A stretch of 64,000 nucleotides of DNA, taken from the NCBI RefSeq assembly GCF_002105155.1, contig NW_019028990.1:496001-560000 (forward strand), read 5' to 3'. Shown here piece by piece: positions 12,877-25,479 of this stretch (the stretch's first letter is position 1; each line of letters opens with the position of its first letter). The position numbers and the translations under genes were made by a program. A model generated the notes under the pieces. It had not been told where the DNA came from. It saw nothing but the letters and a program-made list of their open reading frames with translations, and did not search any database. The stretch comes from Lobosporangium transversale. Lineage: Eukaryota.

Positions 12877-13420
12877 GATGGATGTGTAAGGATTATGTCA
12901 ATGTCCTTGCTATCTTTTCCTTTTGTTATTAAGAAAGGAAGAGTCAGCAAGGGATAAATGTGATAGTTGAGGTGGGAGGTGCGTTGGAAGGTAGAGCCAA
13001 AAAAAAGCACGAGTGAATAAGGGTTTTGAGAGAAGTGAATGGAGAGAATAGAGTCAGTTGCGGAAGCGATGAACAGAGAGTGAAGAGCCTTTCCTGTTGT
13101 TGTTCGTCAAAAAAGAACTAAAAGCGACGCACAGAGCACATACAGTTGAAGAGAAAGTCCTTCACCAAGTGAAGAAAAAAAAAAAAAAAAAAGACAAAAC
13201 AAAACAAAACGTGACTGCGATATAATCCTATTCCCCGCGCCACCCTGTTTGTTGATCTTTTTTTTTCGTGGAAAGGCCATTCACTCTCTGTTACAGAAAC
13301 GGAGGAAGTTTGCATCAAGACTCTGACATTCCACAGACTTTTGTTATTCATCAGCCTCTGTCTTTCTTATTTTATTTCCTTTCCGGGAAGACATCCGCTT
13401 TTTTAATTTAAAAAATAATA

Positions 13421-14446
13421 ATGTTGAGCTCGCTCAGGACCGGGTTGTCAACCCGTGCAGTGAATGCAGCCAGGACAGCATCTATTGCCACTCGCTCCTT
13501 CAGGTACAAAGAAAGAAGGAGACGCGGCATCATAGCCTTACAACAAAGGAAAAAAAAAATTTAACCGTTGGCCTATCCATTTCTTCTTCTTTCCTTTTAT
13601 TATCTTCGTCTTTTTTTTTTTTAAAAAAAAACCTGACAAAATGTTAGTACACCCACTGATAATCTTCTCGAGAGTCTTTCTGAGGAAGATCGTCTCGTCT
13701 ACGGTGAGCCTGTTCAGATCCCTACAACCCACAACATCACAGTCGCACATCTCCATCTTCGATCCTACCTCCCTGATAGACTGGATTTCTTTGCAGATTT
13801 TGCGCGCCGGACCGCTGCAGCATTGGAAATGCCATGTTCAGGAGTAATTCCTTTACCAGTGAAGACCTCTAAGTGGACTGTCAACAAATCACCTTTTGTT
13901 CACAAGAAGGCTCAGGAGACTTTTGAGAGGAAGACACATAAGCGTCTCTTGGCCATTAAGGACACACATCCGGATGTAGTTCGTCGTTGGGTACAGTTCT
14001 TGAGTCAGAATTCGATGGCAGGTGTGGGTATGAAGATCACTACCTGGGAGAATGAGGAGCTAGGCATTGGACAGAAACGATTGGAAAAGGCCAAGAAGGG
14101 CGAAAGCAGGAACCGATCCGTGGCTGAATCAATGAAGGAAGCCAGCATCGACTTGAAGGAAGGGGAGCAGCCAAAGGAGCAAGCTTATTCTGCTCCAACT
14201 GATCAAGAAGTGCCACAGGATGAACCTTCTTCATCATCATCGTCATCAGTAGAAACAGAAACGGCAACAGCAACAGCGGAATCAGTAAAGGCAAATGAAA
14301 ATTCAGGACAACAGTATCCTGCAGAACCGAAGATTGCTAAAGCAGTTGAGCCTCGTGTAGATTCAGGATTGATCAAGGATCCTGAACTGGCAAAGACAAT
14401 CGAAAAGACTCTTGCTGACATCAATAAGAAGGTTGACCAACAGTAA
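13421..14446 (+). CDS. RSM10: Mitochondrial ribosomal protein uS10m (Rsm10/MRPS10)
   Basis: Exons 13421-13503 and 13648-14446. Arg/Ser-rich presequence MLSSLRTGLSTRAV. S10 domain LHLRSY..DRLDFFADFARR...PLPVKTSKWTVNKSPFVHKKAQETFERKTHKRL. Confidence 0.93.
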
Positions 14447-14957
14447 AGCAGTAAAGCAGTAAGCGGTAGAACAAAGGGATCAAAAAAGCAAGCGAACTAG
14501 GAAGGAAAGAAAGAAAGGAGTCAATCCTTGATGTCTTTATTTCTAGATATTTCCCTCTATATCGCACAGACATTTAGCTGCCATTTGGTTCCGTTGATTT
14601 TAAAAAGTGAGAAGGAGGCTAGTACAATAAATCACTATTCAGTTTAATTAGAAGGTGCTACGGAAAAAACAGAACAATTTTTGATCCGAGACTTCCTTTT
14701 TTGGATGTCATCAAAACAAGCCACCGATCGAAGGAAGAAAGGTCGAAGAAAGAAAGATAGAAAGTAAACGCAACAGTCCCCTCCCCTCCCAAAAGAACGT
14801 TGAAGAGATCCCACTTTTCTCCGTTTCTTCTTTTTACTTTCCATTTCCTCTTTACCCTTCCCCGCATCCTCATTCCGTTTCATTCCATTTTCTTCCTTTT
14901 TTTTATTTTTATTTTTTTTTATCTTTTTTTAATTTCACTTCAACGAATTCAACAGCC

Positions 14958-15506
14958 ATGTCTGCTCTCCGATCTCTAGTTTCCTCCACAGGCGCTAAAG
15001 CAATTCGACCCACTTCCACCTTCCTTGGTTCCACACAACGTTTGACAGCACACCCTACTAGCCGTCATATATCTGCACCATTGATCTCTGCCAGATATGA
15101 ATCTCAAAGTGCGTTCAGTAAGTTTGTTGAGACTCTGAAGGAACAGATCAAGAAGAACAGGGAACTACAAGAATCTGTCAAGAAGTTACAAGACGAGTCC
15201 GGCAAGGTTGGAGAGAGTGATGCGCTCAAGAAAGCCAAGGAGGCCTTTGAGAAGGCAAAGGTAAAAAAAAAGTTTCAATCAGAAATTGAGATCTTGATCG
15301 TTAGCAAATCCTGTACCTTTTTTTAACTTTTCTTTCTTTCTTTTTCATAATTTTTCTCAGGATTCTAGTGTGGCAACAGAAAAGATTAAACAGACTGCAG
15401 AACACTTCAAGAAGGCATCAGAAAAGATCGGTGAAACTGTTAGTGAAACATTGAAAGGTGCTGCTGAGAATGAGTTTGTGAAGGGATCTAAAGAAAAGGT
15501 AATGCT

Positions 15507-15546
<40 letters not shown>

Positions 15547-16279
15547 AGCAGTGAAATAAAAAAAGACAACAGTAAACATTTTATTTTCATGAACGCTTTT
15601 ATAATCTCTAACACAGGTGGAGTCGTATCTTTATTTATTTATTTAGATCTCAGAGACTGGAAAGGTGTTTGCTGAGACAATGGATTCTACTACAAAGCCT
15701 ATTCGTGATAATGAATACTTCAAGAATGTGAAAGAGTCTGTCGAGACTGTGATCCAGGACACAGAGTCCAGGTATGGAGGATACATCTCCAAAGCTGCTC
15801 GTCGAAAGGCTCGTGGATTAGATGTCAACTTCAGTCCCAAGGATGCACAGAAAGCTGCCCAGGCTGCTGTTCCTGAAACAAAGGAAGATGTCAAGTATGC
15901 CCATTTTACCTTTTTTTTTGATTCCCTCTTCCCTCCCTCCTTCCTTCCTCTCAATGCTTATTTTATCATAACACCTTCATTTCTCTTTGCAGGGAAAATT
16001 CATTGTAACAAGATACAATATCTAACACATATGCCTCTCCCTCTTTTCGTTTTTTTTTCTTGTTGCCTGTTAATTTAGCGCTGGAGAATCTATGGTGCTC
16101 CATAAGGATTCTGCATGGAAGGAGACTTGGAGCAAATTCAAGGATACCAACCCTGTCATGCAAAGCGTATTTAGTATGAAGAAGAACTATGAGGACAGCG
16201 ACAATGTTTTTGTTGCTTGGGCTCGTGTGGTCACTGACAAGATTGCAGATGCATGGGGTATGTTAGAAATCCTTTTGGC

Positions 16280-16310
<31 letters not shown>

Positions 16311-16347
16311 TGCACAAAGACTGTTTTGCTTTTCTCTCAACCCCTGG

Positions 16348-16378
<31 letters not shown>

Positions 16379-16938
16379 TTGATCTTAATGGCAGTCCTTT
16401 CTCTTTTATTTTTCTGTGATACCCTATAGTCTCAATGATGGACGAAACTGAGAATGCCAAGACGATCAGAGCTCTGCAGATGATTGATCCTAACTTCAAG
16501 ATGGATGCTTTCATGAAGGAGTGCCGCGAGTTCATTATTCCTGAGGTCATGGATGCAGTCTTGAACACAGACTCGGAGATGTTGCACGAGTGGTGCTCAG
16601 AAGCGACCTATAATGTCTTGACAGCAGGGTTCCAAGCACAGATTGCTCAGGGACTGGTCAGTGATTGCAAGATCTTGGAGCTGCGTAATGTAGAGTTGGT
16701 CTCTGCAAAGGTCTTGGAGAATGATGTCCCTGTATTGATCATTTCCTTCAATACTCAGGAGGTGACAGTTTTCCGCAACCGAGTGACACGCGAGGTCGTG
16801 TTTGGAAAGGAGGATGCTATCGAGGAGGCCACCTATGCATGTGTCATGACCATCACTCCCGAGAACCTCAAAAATCCCTTGACTAGAGGAGTTCGCATCA
16901 TGGATATGGCCAAGCATAACAGCCGTGCCTACATTTAA
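14958..16938 (+). CDS. TIM44: Mitochondrial import inner membrane translocase subunit Tim44
   Basis: Exons 14958-15260, 15361-15498, 15647-15894, 16079-16257 and 16430-16938. Presequence, FVETLKEQIKKNRELQES, and Tim44 domain (DPNFKMDAF...IIPEVMDA...EWCSEATYN...PVLIISFNTQE). Confidence 0.95.
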
Positions 16939-17172
16939 AGGAACCATATACATGTTTGCTTTATTATTTTTCTCTTCTTTTTATCATTTCTCTCATTTTC
17001 GGACCTCGTTTACATCCAAATCCATTCGTTCTTTTTATTATAGTTGCATTCAGCATGTACTTTTACCAAGAAAAAAAAAACACAAGACAAAAAAAGGCCT
17101 TTTCCGGCTATAAACAAAGGAAGGTCTTGATACAAGATAATCGGGCGTATATGTTACTTTTTTTTATTTTTT

Positions 17173-20100
17173 TCAGTACCGGACTGGTGCCTTGGCTCTT
17201 AAGACATGATCAATTAAATGTCGTTGGTTCTTTCTGAGGGAGTGATGACGAGAAGAACCGTTATTGATGTTAGAACTACCTCGACCAGGATTAAGATTAG
17301 CAGGTGGAGGAGGTATATATGGAACACTTTCCCCTGGGCTGACAAGGCTAGATGGTGCTGCAAAAGGGGAAGAAGGTCTGGGGCTGTTGTGATGGTGGTG
17401 GTGACTTGCGCTAACAGTATCTATACGCATGGGAGAAGGAGAACGGGGGAGAATGGGAGGAGTAGCATTCGTCGTTGCATTATTCGAAGCGACTGCAGCC
17501 ACAGCAGCCATTGCAGCCACAGCAGCGCGATGCGCCTTCATCAGCTTGGTTGCGACTTGTTTCCTTGCCTCATTCAGTCGATGGCCAGACCATTGTTCTA
17601 AAAGCTGTAATACTGGCCCAATCATGTCCTTGTTGAATTGATCTGTACCTTGACGACCTTTATAAGCAGCACCTGCCCAAGAATATTGACCTAGCTCACG
17701 GATATCTTCAGGAAACTCCTTTGGGTCAAGTCGACCCCAGGTAGAACCCTTGATAATGACATCTGAACTTGTCCCAGGACCGGATGCGCCTCCTCGTTTA
17801 TGATTGGCAGTGATGTACATAGTCCCGTGCCCATAGACATTAAACCCACCGATATCGGTCGGGGACGTTGGGACGGGTGCATGGAGTAAGCGGACGACCT
17901 TAGTAGCACGCGTGATCATCTTTTGCGAACTGATATCGAGATCATTGTTCAATAACCATTCCATGTTCTTGATCTTTAAATGAGCTGCCGCAGCTACTAA
18001 AGCATTCTCACCTCCAAATGTAATCGCCGGATCCAGCCCTGCTTCACAAAGGCAGTCCAGAATTCGATAGTCGTCTTGCATCGCAGCAACAACATGGATA
18101 AGAGGTCGGCCTTGTGCATAGAACCGATTTCCTCCTCGTTGTTTACGATTGTTGCTGCTGCTGTTGTTGTGGGTAATACTATTAACTTTAGCTTGTTTAG
18201 CATATTTGACAGAATTATCCATCTGGAGTTGTCTAGATTCGTTAACGATGTCCTTGGCATAGGTTTGAGCGTTACCCAAGGGTGTAATCGGATTACGGAT
18301 ATAAGCCGGAATACGCGCTCCACGCATGACAAGGTACTTAAGGGCCTCATAACAGTACTGAGTATTTGAGGAGACCAAGATCATCAGAGGCGTATAGCCT
18401 TGCAAGTTTTCGAGATTAATATCGGCGCCGAGTTCGACTAGGACCTTGATCGTATCCAATGGGGATTCAAGGAACAGACAAGCCAAGTGTAAAGCTGTAT
18501 CACCTGTCTGCTCACTAGATTCATTGATAGGATTGTAGGATTTGTCATGGACTGAAAGATGGTATTCAAATCCTTCAATGTCCCCTACGAGTGGACAAAG
18601 ATAGATGGGTACCGTTGGTGGGTTGGAAAGGGAATATGGTTGTTTTGGCATTCGTTGCTCTCGGAAGCGCCTACGCATGCCTATCATTTAATGTGAGAAA
18701 CACCAATGAATTAGTGGAATTAGAAAAAGAACATAAAAAAAAAAAAAAAAAAAAAAACGATGAAATATAGTGTATGACTTACGGTGGATATAGTCAACTG
18801 TCTCTCTCATGGTAGGGTCTGTGATGTCAAATACCATCTTATTGAGCGTGTTGGAAGCGCGTTCCAGACTTGCCATCTTTGTATCCAATTCCGGAGGGAC
18901 AGGCAAAGCAGCTGAGGTAGTGCTACTGGGTACTGTGAAGCCTGCTGCGACTGGACGATGGTGAGGGTGATGATAAGGATAGCCGCCGTGTTGTTGTTGA
19001 AGATGAACTGGTTCTGAAGGTTCAGCCATAAGAGTTTGCAATACTGCAATGATCATGTCAATTGGTGGTCGTTCAGAAGGATTGACATCCCAACATTGAG
19101 TCAACAGATTCCTATATTCGACTGGTGTATCCGGCTCAATCTCCTCACGGAGACCCTCCATGAGCTGACGCAGTAACAATGCGACCCCAGTCCCAGCTCC
19201 CAATCGATTAGCAAACGGAATCCTACCAGAGGTAATATGCCAAAAGATGACTCCTAAACTGTAGATATCACATGCAGCAGAATAAACAGGTCTCTCTGCT
19301 GGGAAACGTTCAGGTGCCAAAAAGGACGCCACACCCACAGTTGCAGTCATATCCATCGTACGAGTTTTGTTCACGGATCGACTCAGCCCGAAATCACAGA
19401 GCATGGCTGTTCGTTTGTCGTCCAACAAAATATTACCACTATGGAGATCTCGGTGATAGAACCCTGACTTGTGAAGGAACTCCAGCCCTTTAGTGATCTC
19501 AATCGACAACCGGTATCGTTCTGCCCAGGTCAAGGTAGTGTGGTTCTTTTCCAGAAACTGACACAAGTTACCGTTGGCACAGTGTTTCATTACCATGCAT
19601 CTCACGTTTGCAATAGGGTCCATGGTGACACCATAGAACGGGACGATAAAATCATAGTCGTGCACACGCTTCAAGATTTCAAGCTATGTATGGGAGGAAA
19701 TAGAAAAAGAGAAAAGAAAAGCAACATGACAAATGCACAAGGAGGTTAGATAAAAAGTCAGCCAAATCATTTTTTTTTTCTTTTCCTTTTCTTTTCCTTT
19801 TTTATATATTTCTGAATCCTTCTGTGGACTATTGCACTTGCCTCCTGTTCAAATTGTTCAATCCCATCAGCCAGCGCTCTCTTCAAGACCACCTTGAGGC
19901 GCGACCATTCTGCAGTATGGATTTCCCCAAAGCCGCCCTTTTTAAGTGGTTGAACATTGGTGATGTCTTTGTAATTGATCTGTCGATAGCTGCTTACGAC
20001 TGTGCGTTGAAGGATCCTCGTTCGCTCTCGCTTCAATGTCTCTTGGGTCTCAAGCTCATTGGTATATTGTTTAAAGTTGTCTCCACCGGCGTCATCCTCA

Positions 20101-21527
20101 TTATGGAACGCATCAATGGGTGAAGGTGGTGTCCTTGGCCTTCTACCTTGTCGGACCCGAGGTCGGACTGGTGGAATGGGGAATGATTGTTGATCAGATT
20201 GTCGTTGAAGGCTGTGCCCATGCATCAGAGTCTGTGCTTGTGCTTGTGCGTGACGGAAATTGGGTGTGGAGGGATCCCGTAACTGAAATTTTTTGACAGG
20301 CTGTTGTTCGTATCCCGCATCATCCCATGGATTGTCATTTCTGGTTCTCTCTGCAAAATCTTTGACAACCACTATTATTTCTCTATCGTCCGTTTTTCTT
20401 TCTTCTTTTTCCTCCTCCTCCTCCTCCTCCTCCTCCTGCTCCTGCTCCTTATCACCATCTTCGTCTTCCTCCCTTACTCGACTCAGACAAAAATAGTCTA
20501 GTTCCCTCTGCCCTGGATGGAATGCTGGTACAGTAGAGCCAGAGTCGACGGTGCCGGTCTCATCAGGAGGTCCCAACCATATGGAATCGCGTCGAGGAGG
20601 GATTTCGGAGCGCGATAAAGCCTGGTTAACGACACCGGCTCCTTGTTCCTGTAGTGGTGAATGTGGAGGAATTGATGAAGGAGATGGTTTCTGCTGCTGT
20701 TCCAGTTGCTGATGGAGGGCTGTTTGTGGGTTGGTCTGAGGGTTAGGGGAGCGAGAGCGAGGTGGCATTGGGAAATTATGCTCATGGAAACTATAGATGT
20801 TACCATTTCCAATCAGAGTGTCCTGGTGCACAGTGTTGGGCCTTGGAGTTTTGACCCGTGGAGTTTGAGAATAAGGTGGAGGGGGTGATGATGGTGATGA
20901 TGGTGATAGAGAAGATGGTGGCGATATGAATTTACTTTTGGCCTTTTCGGTGTTGCCGCTGTCGTTGTCGTTGTCACTATTGTTGCTATTGCTGTTGTGG
21001 TTGCTGCTAATGTTATAACCATCAGTTACTGAATCTGGACGGGTGTTATTACGAGTATTACTGCTATTACTATTACCAATGGTAATATAATCAATAAATC
21101 CGTTGTCGTAGTTCGTACTACCACCCAGAGGTTCGGAATAAAAACTAGGCTTGTACGCACGTGTGAACATATCATCGTTGAGGAGGCGAGTATGAATATT
21201 TTTATCTTTTTCTACTTCTTCTTCCCCTCTTACTTTTTCTTCTCTTTCTCCTCTCGCTTCTCCTCTGGTTAGCTCTCTTTCTTCCTCTTTTGTCATTTCT
21301 TGTGGCTCTTCTGTGAACAATAATTGCTGTGTTGGTGGAGGTGCGGGTGGAACTAATAGATCAGATTCAGATCCAGAGCTGGCAGAGTATGAATGTCGTT
21401 GTTGTTGTTGTTTTTCATTATTGGCAGGATCGACATTCGTACTGGAAGAAGAGGGTCTTGACCGTGGACGGCCACTACCAGAGGGGGCTCGAATGCCAGA
21501 TCGGCGACTTAGAGTAGTAGAGGACAT
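17173..21527 (-). CDS. Tyrosine-kinase-like protein kinase with long disordered N-terminus and C-terminal ankyrin repeats
   Basis: Exons 21527-19842, 19683-18783 and 18680-17173. Kinase motifs KGGFGEIH, VVLK, HRDLHSGNILL, DFG, APE and DIYSLG. Ankyrin motifs GDTALHLAC, LGADINLENLQGYTPL and GRPLIHVVA. Intron 1 is GC-AG. Confidence 0.9.
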
Positions 21528-22664
21528 TTTTGAGGAATGTGTTTTTAATATACAAGTGTGAGAAAAATAAAAGGTATAGGTACAAACAAAAAAAAAATAC
21601 TTTCACTAACAAGTGAATGAATGAAAAGAAGAGAATGAGAGAATGAGAATAGGAATGAGAAGAGAATGATGAAGTCAAGACCAAGTGGCGATGAGATTGC
21701 AAAGTATATATACACTCTCGAACTTTTTTGAGAGTAAGAGAAAGGGCAAAGAAGGTCTTTTTTTTTTTTGATTTTAATTTTTATAATTTATTGTGCCTTT
21801 TTATATACGGCGAATATGTTGACATGTTTAGGAAACGAGGGTAAACGAGGGTGAAGTACAAAGAGAGGGCTTTTTTGCCATGTCTTGAGCAATCTTTACA
21901 TCTTTACAAACACGGGTGTTCATTTCAAGAAGAGGGGATTCAGGAACAACAAGATTACAAGATTAAAAAAAAAAAAAATGAACTCGCCACTCTCTCCATC
22001 GGTTTGTGCGCTTTAGCTTAATCCCCCTTTTTTATTTTCTATTGTTGATTATTGGGCCACTCGAATTCTCTTTTTTTATCCTTTCACTCGCACAGCAACG
22101 CAGCTGATGATGAAAGCTAATTGCCCATCGTGAGATCTTACTTTCTTTTCCCCTCTCTCTTTTTTTTACTTTATTTATTTATTTTTTTATTATTTTGTTT
22201 GAACAATAAGTTATTGCAGGGAAAACAAAAGCCTTGTCCTTCTCCTGTGGCCTTGGAAGATGTCTAAACTGTTCAAGCCAGGGTGCATATGTAATGGGAG
22301 TAGGGGCCATCTCCATTATGATGAAATTAAACATTTCCGTACTTTCTACTGCTCTCGTTTTCGTGTTATATGGCTCTCATTCTATTATCTGTTCCTATCC
22401 ATTGCATCGCCACATGGAGAATGGTCAGTACAAATCCCGATGTATATTTGAAATCGAGGGTAAAAAAGAAAAAAGACAGAGCCAACATGCTGTGCTACCG
22501 AACCAAAGAAACAAGCATGAGGGAGGCGTGGATCGCGATTGTATTGAAGAACTTATACAGAACCTTACATAAATAAAGCGCGCTCATATTCTACTTGTTT
22601 ATAATACCCTGAACCCATTTTTAGATCCAAAGTTCTATTTATTTTTATTTTTTATTTTTTATTT

Positions 22665-24379
22665 TTACATCCCCAAAACAGAATCTAGCCATTCTTCATC
22701 CTTCTTCCCTGTATTGGTGCGAGGGGCCCCCTTCTTGAGTGGCGAGGGTCCCTTCCTAGGCGTCGCTGTTGTTGTTGCTTCCGATGGTGATGTTGTTGTT
22801 ATTGCTGCTGCTGTGCTACCTTGTGGTCTGACTCCCTTAGAAGGCGGTGGCAGGCGTATTTTTGATCCGATAGAGGATGGCTCTGATGGGCGTGCAGAAG
22901 TTTGTACTGAGGCTGTTGATGGTGTAGTCGTATGCTTGAGAGGAGGAGGCGCGACTGATGATAACGTCGATGATGATGAGGTAGGCGCAGATGGCTGGGC
23001 CTTTCCATATGTCTTCGTAAAATCTAGTAACTCATCCAATTCACCATCATCTACAGATGTTGCAGTGTGAATCAAATGATTTTACAGTTAAGTTTTATGT
23101 TTAATGTGAGTTTAAAAGGAGATATCCACGTAATACGCCATACCTTGTTTAAATGTATTTGACTTTCCTAAATGGCTGCGAAGAGTAGAATGATTTAATA
23201 TTGAGGAGGTAGTATTATTTCCTTGTGTAGATGTGGCTGATGATTTGATGAGAATATCGGAGGCTGCTTGACCACGGACAAGTTTTGGCACGATCGGCTT
23301 TCCAGTAGTCAGTGAGACTTTCCCTATCATGTCGCCATCAAGCTGAATGAAAAGTAATTTGATGTTAGAGAGATCATATCTGGAGAGTTGGCCTTCGCCT
23401 TGATATTGTGTTACTCTTTCTTTCTTTATATGTGCTAATATCTGATATATTCAACTTACGGATTCGGCAGAGGCATCTTGCAAATATAATCGCTCTTTGA
23501 TGGATAAAGTCATGAGGGCCTGCTCAATATCATTTAAACGAACCTCCAGCAGTTTTCGCACCTGCTGAGGCTCCTCCATTTGATCCTGAGAATCGACCTC
23601 TTTCTCTGATTTGAATCGAAAATACGCCGTAGGGTCGAATGTCTTTTTTTGATCTTTTTTTTTGCATGTGCGTTTATAAAAGAGTTAAAAAAGGAATATT
23701 GGAAGATAAAGTCAATAGGCGTACACTACTGCAAAGAAAACCAAAGTAATTTTAAAAAATAAAAAATCATCCTTACAAATGAACCAATTAAGACTATGTA
23801 TACGTACCAGGGTCTTTCAACATCTCTCGGAATGCAATCGTTTGTCGATCGATCCCTTGCTCAAGCTCCTCTGCTTCATTAACTATAACGGTGTAGAGAT
23901 AAGAAGAGGTGTTTAACCGGTAATTCCCATTTGATTAGTATTGGATCCTGCATATTTGTTTTTTTATTTCTTTTCACAGTACCTTCTTCATCTAGCTCAA
24001 CATATCGATCAGCATTGCTGACGATCTTGCGTCTAGCGTAGCTTTTCCTAGGTGCTAATGTGAAAGGGGTGTACAATTAGAATTCTTAAGTCAATGCGCT
24101 TTAATATCATTGGTGACATGAGGCAGAGAAACCTTAGTATATACCTTCGTTCACATTATCCTCATCTTCCGACTCCTCATCTCGCGTTCCATTTCTGTAT
24201 CCTCCACGTCCACCTCCACGTCCCTGTCCACGTCCATGTCCACCACCTTCTCGTCTGCCTCTATCTCCACCACTAGTTGCAGTCGAGTCAGCCTTGGTTC
24301 CAGCAACGGCGCCACCTCGGCTCTTTATCTTGTTCTGATATCTCCTGGAGGCTGCTTGCTTGTGTGGGTCGGGTCTCAT
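22665..24379 (-). CDS. Aven-like protein (RGG box plus Aven conserved motifs)
   Basis: Six exons: 24379-24145, 24054-23983, 23882-23808, 23653-23460, 23342-23144 and 23050-22665; all introns GT-AG and in frame. Motifs: RGG box, YARRKIVSNADRY, YFRFKSEKEVDS, IEQALMTLSIKERL, ELDELLD and C-terminal EEWLDSVLG. These match recalled metazoan AVEN motifs in the same order. Confidence 0.8.
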
Positions 24380-25479
24380 TGTAAGGCACGTTCGTTAGAT
24401 CTAGTCGATGGTCAATGAGACATTTAGGTGGTGTTGATGGGTTCATTTGTTTCCTATTGGGAGCTACGGCTAAATCATATGACTTAGGATCCTTATATGT
24501 TCTATTTTAATTTTATTTTATTTTTTACGCGTCGATAGGACGATTCTCCGTGATCTTTTTGACGAAAAAAGGTGCAGTCAATTAAAGGGGTTGATATAGA
24601 TGCTTATGTTATTTTTATTTTTTAAACGAATAAAATGAAGGACGATCAAGTTCTCTATCTTTTCTGTTACGAAGGAGCTTTGCGGATAGATATATTAAAT
24701 CTTGTCATGTTCTCCGACAAGAAAGTCATCCACAAAAAAAAAAAAAAAAACACGGATAAAAATATCCGGGCAATTAGGGTCCGAACATGAGACCGAACAT
24801 CCGGGTATAATACTTTTACATGTATAATAAGTGACATTCATTGAACTTCAAGAAAAGTAATTTTTAGAAATTTTTCAAAACAAAGGCTCTTTTTTAGCTG
24901 GGCTTTTTTCTTTTTCTGCTCTTATTCACTCTTCATTCCGCTTTCGCCAGTAGAGAACAGCCACATATTGATGTGTATATAGAACTTGTTTTATGAAAGG
25001 AAAGAAACATCAATGTTCCAAAAACGATATTCCATATGCATGCGTGACTGCCTCATAACCTCAAGGTTGCGTTTTTTTTCAAGAGAAAGTTGGGGGATGC
25101 AAGTGGACCTCGCTCTTTCTTTACACATTCTCTCACGCATCTTTATCAACGGGATATTTTCTTGCGTGCAAAGAAGGCAGCACTGCCTTTATCTTTTCCT
25201 TTCCTCCTTCTACTTCTCTACTTCTTTACTTCTTCACACCCAAATCCCCCTTCCCTTCCACTCCACAAAAAAAACATATTGTTCTAGTTATAGAATTTTT
25301 TTTTTAAAAAAGAGCCACACATCAATCCACATCAATAGAATAACAATCCCATACAATAAGAAAGAAATATAGAGGATATTATATATTACTTTTTCTTCAC
25401 TTTCAGTCTCGGTCGTGTCATTGCATTCATCTCCTCCTTTGGCCATTGTTCATCTTTCAAGTTTTTTTATTTTGGTGCC

